Of a stretch of 32,000 bases of DNA, positions 26,575-32,000 are shown piece after piece. The notes under the pieces were generated by a model. It was not told the DNA's origin. It searched no databases and saw nothing but the letters and a program-made list of their open reading frames with translations. Location of the stretch: positions 270,001 through 302,000 of the forward strand of contig NZ_CP147990.1 of the NCBI RefSeq assembly GCF_037902255.1, given 5' to 3'. The DNA is from Candidatus Electrothrix sp. GW3-4 (lineage in GTDB: Bacteria > Desulfobacterota > Desulfobulbia > Desulfobulbales > Desulfobulbaceae). The stretch's first letter is position 1; the number at the start of each line of letters is the position of its first letter. A program made the position numbers and the translations under genes.

Positions 26575-29500
26575 GCATCCCCCTCAATCCCCTCCAGAAT
26601 GGCGTGGACAATGGCGGCATCCGTGTAATCCAGCGGCTCGGACAGGGTGGCCTCATCGCGTTCACCGTTGAGGATGCGCTGGATAGCGGCGACCAGATTG
26701 GCCTTCGGCCCTTCGGCTATCTCGTTCAACCCTTGCTCCAGCTCCTTCCGCACGTCCGGGTCTTCTATAGCTTGCACCACCGCTACAATCAACTCCTCAT
26801 ACTGGTACAGCCCCTGCCGCCAGCCGGGAAAGGCCAAATACGCCTGCCTGCCCTTGGCCTGGTACTCGGCTGCCTGGCTGCTCTCGCCCTGCTGGTCGGC
26901 GATGTGAGCCAGTGGCTTGTAGGTATTCCATATCTGCATTACTGCCGGGTCAAGGGTTTCGCTGATAGCCAGTCCTTCCTCAGCATAGCCACGGGCCTCG
27001 TCCAAACGGGCCGGGTCATTAGCCAGCAGGTCGGCAAGGTTGCTGAGGGTACGGGAGACATTGGGCCAGTCTTCCGCACTTTGGAAGACTGTCAATGCTT
27101 TGCTATACCACTGTTCCGCCTCTGCCAAGCGGCCTGTGGCCTTGCAGAGTAAGGCGAGTTGGCCCCAGCTACCTCCAGCCGCATTGTTGCCAGCCAGCAA
27201 GCCTTGCTCTTCCTTCAGCCGAGCTGCCTGCCGATAGGCCTGCTCTGCTGCCTCCCAGTGCTTTGCCTGCTGATAGACAAGGCCGAGTTGGTGCCAGAAC
27301 ACCGCCTCGGAGGCAGGTTCGTTGATGCGCTGGAACAGGGTCAGGGCTTCCTTGTACCGCTCCTCTGCCTCAGCCAGCTCGTCCTGCTCCTTGGCCAAGG
27401 TGCCGAGCTGGCCGAGCACTACACCCGTCTGTCGCTTATCACCTTGCTCTTCAGCAATCTCCAAGCCTGCCTGATAGGCCTCTTTGGCCTTGCTGTACTC
27501 GCCTTGGGCAACCAGCACATCAGCCAGATCTGTCCAGGCAAGGCCGGTTTGCCGCTGTACACCGTCGCTTTGCTCCAATTGGGCCAGTTCCTTCAGTTCC
27601 TGTCGATAGAGCTGTTCCGCCTGCGCTGGCTGGCCTTGGGATGCACAGCACCGCCCCAGCCTGTGTAGAGTCCGGCAACGGTTGCCGCTGGGAGTCTGCT
27701 CCAGCCCGGCCAAGATGTCCGCAAAGACCTGTGCTGCTGCTCCGGGCTGACCATTCCCCAGAAGCTGCTCGCCCAGATTGCTTTGGGCAAGAAACCATGC
27801 CTGCGAACCCACTGTGCCGCCTGCCTTGCCTGCGGCCTCGGTCAGTTCCTCAGCGTCCCGCCGCAGCCCGAAGAAGTAGAGAAACTTGTTGACCCTTTCA
27901 GCAAAGTCCACGCCCTCTTCGGCCATGTCTGTCTGCAAGGCAGTATGGACAGCCCGAAGCAGGTTGGGCAGTTCGCAGCGGACAATGGCACGGGCGGCAT
28001 GGGGATTAGTTCTATCCATCTTATACAGCTCCCTGGAAAGCTGGTAATACGCCTGCCAATAGCTCTCCAGCAGCTTGTCCTGCTCCTCCTTAGCCAGCCG
28101 CTGCCACAGGGCCGGGGCCAGGGTGGGGTGGAAGCGAAGGAAGGTCTTGTCAGTCTCCGGTACTCGTAGTGCCTCCATTAATCCAGCCCGAAGCAGAGCC
28201 TCCCGCAGTTGCGGCCAGGTGGAGGGATCAGCTCCGGCAACCAGCTCAGTCTTGGGTGCTGCCTCAACTATCTTGCCGAGCTGCTGCATCTCCTCATCAT
28301 TAACCATTTCTTGTAGCTGCTGTACGATCTCCGGCGGTAGTTCTCCTTCCGGCAGATCAAGCCCGGCAGCCCGAATCATTGCAGCGGGATCACCGCTCTC
28401 TAAGGCTTCCCAAATCTTCCTTGCTTCGGCAATACCAGGATCTTCATCCGCTTCGGCCAAGCCGGTCACCCGGCCTATCATCTCCTCCAGACATCCCCCC
28501 TGAAACACCCCCAACCTGGGCAGCCATTCCCGGCATTGCGCGGGCAGTCGCTCAAGGGACAGCTCCAGGGAGGCGAGCAGGGAGCGGTCTGCCTGATTGA
28601 CCGGCTGTTCCTCCAGCAGGGCCTCCAGTCGTTCCTCCACCTCAGCCGGGCCACGCTCCTTGAGCTGTTGGGCCAGCAGGGAGATGGACAGGGGATGAAA
28701 GCCCACCTTGCGGAACAGGTTGATCAGCACATCACGGCGGGGTCGCTTGAGCCTGGTCCTGGGCGGCAGACGGCGCAGGCTGTCGAACCAGTCCACGCTA
28801 TCGTGCGCTTGCAGGCCCTGGAGGGCAAGGGTTTGGTGCCTGTAGTCGCCTGCCAGGGGATAGCCGGGATGGTTGCAATCCGGTTGCCGGGAGGTGAGCA
28901 GCACCCGACTGGCCCCGGCCTCGGACCAGGGCAGAGCCGCATCCAGCAGCTCGGCCAGGGTGTTGTCAGCAGCCAGGGACTCCAGGTTATCCAGGATCAG
29001 CAGGGTAGGGGTCTGTGCCAGCGATGTCTGGGCCGCATCCACATCAATCAGGCTCTCCTCAAAGACCGTGCTCATGGTCGCAATCGCCATACTCACCGGG
29101 TCGCTGCCCTGATAGGCCGCATAGCTGATCATACAGACCCGTTGAAACAGGCCGGTGCGGAGCAGCCAGCGGCCTGCTTCCAGGGCTAAGGCGGTCTTGC
29201 CCTGTCCCCCAAAGCCGGTGATGGAGAAACGACGGCAGTCCTCCACCCCAAAGGCCCGTTCGATCTGCCACAGCTCCCTGCTGCGCCCGAAAAAGCCGGA
29301 CTGCTGCGGCTCAGGCAGATTGGAGAGCAGGGCAGGGCAAGGCTCCGGGCTTTCGCCGACCTCGGCACTGAGCAGGGCCATATCCGCCCCACTCTGATAC
29401 AGGGCAGGCAGGAACCAGTCGTACAGGTCCAGCCTGAACTCCTCGGCCAGTCCTGCCCCGCGCAGGCAGATACCGCGCTCCGGGTTAAAGAGCAGGGCGT

Positions 29501-30581
29501 GCCGGGCCTCGTCCAGGGACCGGGCCACTGTGCGGCCTTCAAACAGGCTGGCGTAGAACTCGGCAAAGAGCTGCTCTGCCGTGCTGACCAGTACACTATG
29601 GGTCATGGCGATGACCGCAGGAATGCCCGCATGAACCAGCCGGGCCGCACAGCCGCTCATGGGGTCTTTGCTGTCCATTGCTGCGGACTGACAGGCCGAA
29701 AGCACCACCAGGCCTGCATGGTTCTGGTGGAGCAGCGAGCCGAACTTCTCCGCCGCAACCCGGTCTTTACCGCCCTCCTTGTCCTCAAACAGGAGCCAGC
29801 CCTGCTGCCTGTCCGTAGCCGCCCCATCGCCCTTGATATCATCGCCTTTCCCACCCCGGTCGGCCTCGCTGTCTTTGCCAAACACCCCGTGGCCGTCAAA
29901 GTGGATGATGTCCACCGAGGGCAGTCGGGTATCGCGCAAGCGCCTGCGCAGGGCATCCAGGGTCGGGGGCCGGAGAAACTCCACCTCCACCCGTGCCTGT
30001 TCCTGCTTTGCCAGGGCCGAGAGCACGGCATCGGCATCGCGGCGGGGATCAATGAAGGATGCGCCCTCCGGCCTGCTGACAATAAAGAGGAGATGCAGAT
30101 TGGGCTTGGCAGCGCGGGGCTGCGGGGTCCGGGCATCGCCAGCACTGGGCAGTCCCCGCCGGATGGAGATAGGCGGGTTCTCATTACAGAGATAGGTGCC
30201 TCCGGGCGTGTGGAGCAGCTCCCACGGCAGAGTGAGCACGGCAGGCTCATCAGCAGCAATACTGAGGACGCGGCCTTTCTCCCTACTCTCCAGGAAGCGG
30301 TCAAAGAGCTTGGCCGCCTTGCGCTCGCCTTCCAGAGCGGCCTCAAACAGGGCAGTGCCCCAGACCGGCAGCCGCTCCTGCACTGCGGCAGCCCGGGTAT
30401 CATCGGGTTCAGCAGCATAGCTGGTGCCGTAGTCCTCCAGGTACCAGCGGAGTTCGTTGAGGTCTTTTTCTTCCAGGGGATTGATGAACTCGGCAGGTGG
30501 GCTGTCGCCCTCCTCGTTGCCGCGAAGGGAGACCATGACATGGCTGGCATCGGGAAAGGTCAGGCGCAGTTCTATGGACAT
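26571..30581 (-). CDS. CHAT (caspase-fold) protease - STAND/NB-ARC-like P-loop NTPase - TPR repeat protein, 1336 aa
   Basis: The CHAT dyad is 'VDIIHFDGHG' / 'LVVLSACQSA'. The NTPase motifs are Walker A 'GFGGQGKT', Walker B 'TLLILDNLE' and 'GFHPLSISLLA'. The C-terminal ~325 aa are TPR-like repeats. The start is set at ATG 30581 ('MSIELRLTFPD..') with an AAGGAAG RBS 6 nt upstream. The ORF-track extension to 30818 starts on TTG and only translates 23-bp tandem repeats. Confidence 0.85.
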   Translation of the reverse strand: MSIELRLTFPDASHVMVSLRGNEEGDSPPAEFINPLEEKDLNELRWYLEDYGTSYAAEPDDTRAAAVQERLPVWGTALFEAALEGERKAAKLFDRFLESREKGRVLSIAADEPAVLTLPWELLHTPGGTYLCNENPPISIRRGLPSAGDARTPQPRAAKPNLHLLFIVSRPEGASFIDPRRDADAVLSALAKQEQARVEVEFLRPPTLDALRRRLRDTRLPSVDIIHFDGHGVFGKDSEADRGGKGDDIKGDGAATDRQQGWLLFEDKEGGKDRVAAEKFGSLLHQNHAGLVVLSACQSAAMDSKDPMSGCAARLVHAGIPAVIAMTHSVLVSTAEQLFAEFYASLFEGRTVARSLDEARHALLFNPERGICLRGAGLAEEFRLDLYDWFLPALYQSGADMALLSAEVGESPEPCPALLSNLPEPQQSGFFGRSRELWQIERAFGVEDCRRFSITGFGGQGKTALALEAGRWLLRTGLFQRVCMISYAAYQGSDPVSMAIATMSTVFEESLIDVDAAQTSLAQTPTLLILDNLESLAADNTLAELLDAALPWSEAGASRVLLTSRQPDCNHPGYPLAGDYRHQTLALQGLQAHDSVDWFDSLRRLPPRTRLKRPRRDVLINLFRKVGFHPLSISLLAQQLKERGPAEVEERLEALLEEQPVNQADRSLLASLELSLERLPAQCREWLPRLGVFQGGCLEEMIGRVTGLAEADEDPGIAEARKIWEALESGDPAAMIRAAGLDLPEGELPPEIVQQLQEMVNDEEMQQLGKIVEAAPKTELVAGADPSTWPQLREALLRAGLMEALRVPETDKTFLRFHPTLAPALWQRLAKEEQDKLLESYWQAYYQLSRELYKMDRTNPHAARAIVRCELPNLLRAVHTALQTDMAEEGVDFAERVNKFLYFFGLRRDAEELTEAAGKAGGTVGSQAWFLAQSNLGEQLLGNGQPGAAAQVFADILAGLEQTPSGNRCRTLHRLGRCCASQGQPAQAEQLYRQELKELAQLEQSDGVQRQTGLAWTDLADVLVAQGEYSKAKEAYQAGLEIAEEQGDKRQTGVVLGQLGTLAKEQDELAEAEERYKEALTLFQRINEPASEAVFWHQLGLVYQQAKHWEAAEQAYRQAARLKEEQGLLAGNNAAGGSWGQLALLCKATGRLAEAEQWYSKALTVFQSAEDWPNVSRTLSNLADLLANDPARLDEARGYAEEGLAISETLDPAVMQIWNTYKPLAHIADQQGESSQAAEYQAKGRQAYLAFPGWRQGLYQYEELIVAVVQAIEDPDVRKELEQGLNEIAEGPKANLVAAIQRILNGERDEATLSEPLDYTDAAIVHAILEGIEGDA

Positions 30582-30643
30582 GGAGGGCTTCCTTGGGGAT
30601 GAGTTGGATAGGGGGCATACTGGGTTTATGCAGACATGAACGG

Positions 30644-30786
30644 GCGGTTGGGGTGGACACCAATGACCGGTTGGGGTAGACACCAATGACCAGTTGGGGT
30701 AGACACCAATGACCAGTTGGGGTAGACACCAATGACCAGTTGGGGTAGACACCAATGGACCAGTTGGGGTAGACACCAATAAATGA
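30644..30786. repeat. Six-copy 23-bp tandem repeat array upstream of the CHAT-STAND-TPR start codon
   Basis: The unit CC(A/G)GTTGGGGTAGACACCAATGA has copies starting at 30644 (degenerate), 30667, 30690, 30713, 30736 (24 bp, extra G) and 30760 (3' end diverges). Each unit contains the imperfect dyad TTGGGGT-AG-ACACCAA. Confidence 0.9.
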
Positions 30787-30992
30787 TCGCTGCCTATTCC
30801 TTGCAGATAGCCGTGCAACCCAGGTGCATAACGATCACGCCGCCACTGGGCATGGTGTCAGGCTCCTTGGGGGCTGTGAGGAATGTATCTGCTATAGGCT
30901 GTCATGAATAACAGCTCAGGATTATACCAGAACAGGGCGCGTTGCCCAAGGGAAACAAAGAGATGGATGGATCAGGACAGATAAGGCGATGT

Positions 30993-32000
30993 TCATGGGG
31001 CATGGTCAGTATCCTCCGGGCAGCACGGCCAGCCGCCGCCCAAGGCTTTGTACAGACGGATGAGATTGGCCGCCATGGTTCCCTCGCTGCCTGCCAGCTG
31101 ATTGGTAAAGGAGAGCAGGGTCTGCTGGGTTGCCAGCACAGTAGTAAAATCAATGAGACCGGCCTGGTATTTATTCTCAGCCAGTTGAACTGCCTGGTCG
31201 GCTTCCTGCACAGCACGGGCCAGTGAATCCCTTCTGCTCTGTTCGTTGACATAGGCGATCAGGGCGTTTTCAATCTCTTCCGTTGCCGCCAACACCGCAG
31301 CCTCGTAGGCGATCAGGGCTTGTTGCTGCTGTGAGGTTTGGACCTGGATATTCTTTCGGATTGCTCCGGCATCAAAGATGTTCCAGGAGGCACTGAGTCC
31401 GGCCTGTTCGGCCCAGAAGGCAGGACTAAAGAGACCTTCGGCAAAACGGGCAACAGACAGGCCGTTGATGCCAATGACTCCGCTCAGGCGCAGTTTGGGA
31501 TAGAGCTCTGCTGTGGCGACCCCGACCCGTGCGGTCTGGGCGATCAGTTCGCTTTCCGCCTTGCGGATATCAGGCCGACGTCGGATGGCGTCGGCAGGTA
31601 GCCCCACAGCCACGGTTGCCGGAATCCGGGGAACAGGCTTTGCCTTGTTGAGTTCCTCATGCAGGCTGCCTGGCTGCTCACCGAGCAACACAGCCAGCCG
31701 ATTCATGGCGGCCCCAAGAGAGGTCTCCAGAGCAGGAATTTGGGCCTCTGAGCTTTCCAGGTTGTACTGGGCCTGATGCTGGGCCAGTTCGTCGTCCAGC
31801 CCGGCTTCGACCTGCCACTTGACCAGCTGCCGGGTCTCGCGCTGCATGGCCAGGCTTTTGCGCACATTGGCCAGCTGCATCTGGGAACTGCGCAGTTCAA
31901 CATAGTTCAACGCGACTTCTGCTGTCAGGGAAACCAGGACATCCCGCAGGTTCTCCTGGCTTGCCCGGAGGTCTGCCTCTGCCGCTTCCAGGGAACGACG
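30993..32000 (-). CDS. Outer membrane efflux factor (TolC/NodT family), C-terminal part; 5' end outside window
   Basis: 'RRPDIRKAESELIAQTARVGVATAELYPKLRLSG', 'WNIFDAGAIRKN' and 'AENKYQAGLIDFTTVLATQQTLL...LIRLYKALGGGW' are canonical OMF repeats. The frame stays open from 31910 to the window edge ('..AEADLRASQENLRDVLVSLTAEVALNYVELR'). Confidence 0.9.
   Translation of the reverse strand, partial: RRSLEAAEADLRASQENLRDVLVSLTAEVALNYVELRSSQMQLANVRKSLAMQRETRQLVKWQVEAGLDDELAQHQAQYNLESSEAQIPALETSLGAAMNRLAVLLGEQPGSLHEELNKAKPVPRIPATVAVGLPADAIRRRPDIRKAESELIAQTARVGVATAELYPKLRLSGVIGINGLSVARFAEGLFSPAFWAEQAGLSASWNIFDAGAIRKNIQVQTSQQQQALIAYEAAVLAATEEIENALIAYVNEQSRRDSLARAVQEADQAVQLAENKYQAGLIDFTTVLATQQTLLSFTNQLAGSEGTMAANLIRLYKALGGGWPCCPEDTDHAP

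Noticed and set aside
26243-26671. ORFs 26243..26671 (+, 142 aa) and 26396..26665 (-, 89 aa) in the palindrome region.
   Set aside because: They are Pro/Arg-rich, low-complexity translations of GC-rich hairpin DNA. Only the last ~16 codons of the minus ORF resemble anything, namely the tail of the CHAT gene. That part is reported as an orphan fragment, not as a gene.
26565-30602. Long antisense or off-frame ORFs inside the CHAT-STAND-TPR gene (for example 29499..30602 +, 29657..30550 -, 28536..29189 +, 26565..27152 +, 27159..27668 +).
   Set aside because: These are shadow ORFs typical of GC-rich coding DNA. Their translations are Arg/Pro/Gly-rich with no motifs and are fully nested in a gene with strong domain evidence.
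25973-30786. Whether the tandem arrays at 25973..26160 and 30644..30786 are CRISPR arrays.
   Set aside because: The repeats are directly adjacent with no unique spacers. The units are 23-27 bp and there are no cas genes in the window.
30582-30818. The 79-aa N-terminal extension of the big ORF in the track (starts 'MHGYLQGIGSDHLLVSTPTG..').
   Set aside because: It starts on TTG, not ATG. It consists only of translated 23-bp tandem repeats, whose period is not a multiple of 3, so all three frames of the unit appear in turn. A good RBS (AAGGAAG) precedes the ATG at 30581, where the recognisable protein sequence begins.

Overview
All calls were made by eye from the sequence and ORF track, using motif recognition only. 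No database, HMM or statistical search was run. The window looks like chromosomal DNA of a diderm (Gram-negative) bacterium, because it has outer-membrane-factor, membrane-fusion and ABC efflux genes and a lipobox lipoprotein. GC content is mid-range with one strongly AT-rich insert. Taxon cannot be assigned from this window alone.

(1) 1-5.1 kb is an accessory, decayed mobile patch. It holds a truncated AAA-ATPase/PD-(D/E)XK gene and an ISAs1-family transposase pseudogene. That pseudogene is interrupted by a 205-bp MITE-like element with perfect 13-bp inverted repeats and a 7-bp target duplication. The patch also holds a very AT-rich acyltransferase-3 gene, a PDDEXK_2-type nuclease gene, and an MntA/HepT toxin-antitoxin pair whose toxin is frameshifted.

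(2) 5.2-19 kb, plus strand, holds a YeaQ/GlsB-type small membrane protein, a small hypothetical protein and a secreted Vps62/DUF946-like protein. These are followed by gatA and a tightly coupled five-gene surface-glycan-type operon: HAD-like protein, lipoprotein nucleoside-hydrolase-like protein, 717-aa polytopic membrane protein, GT2 and GT4. A DUF3343-like / YjeF_C-like kinase gene pair comes last, ending in a strong terminator.

(3) 19.3-32 kb, minus strand, holds endonuclease I, tpx, an orphan Cache-type sensor kinase, and a MacAB-like efflux set (permease, ATPase, frameshifted adaptor). After a gap comes a NodT/TolC-type outer-membrane factor that runs off the window.

The best candidate for a new system lies between the adaptor and the outer-membrane factor. 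It is a ~5.1-kb repeat-bounded segment encoding a 1336-aa CHAT protease - STAND (NB-ARC-like) NTPase - TPR protein. That is an NLR/Avs-like layout with a caspase-fold protease output and no obvious substrate gene nearby. A 6-copy 23-bp tandem array precedes the gene. Downstream are REP-like GTAG palindromes, orphan copies of its own 3' tail and further tandem repeats.
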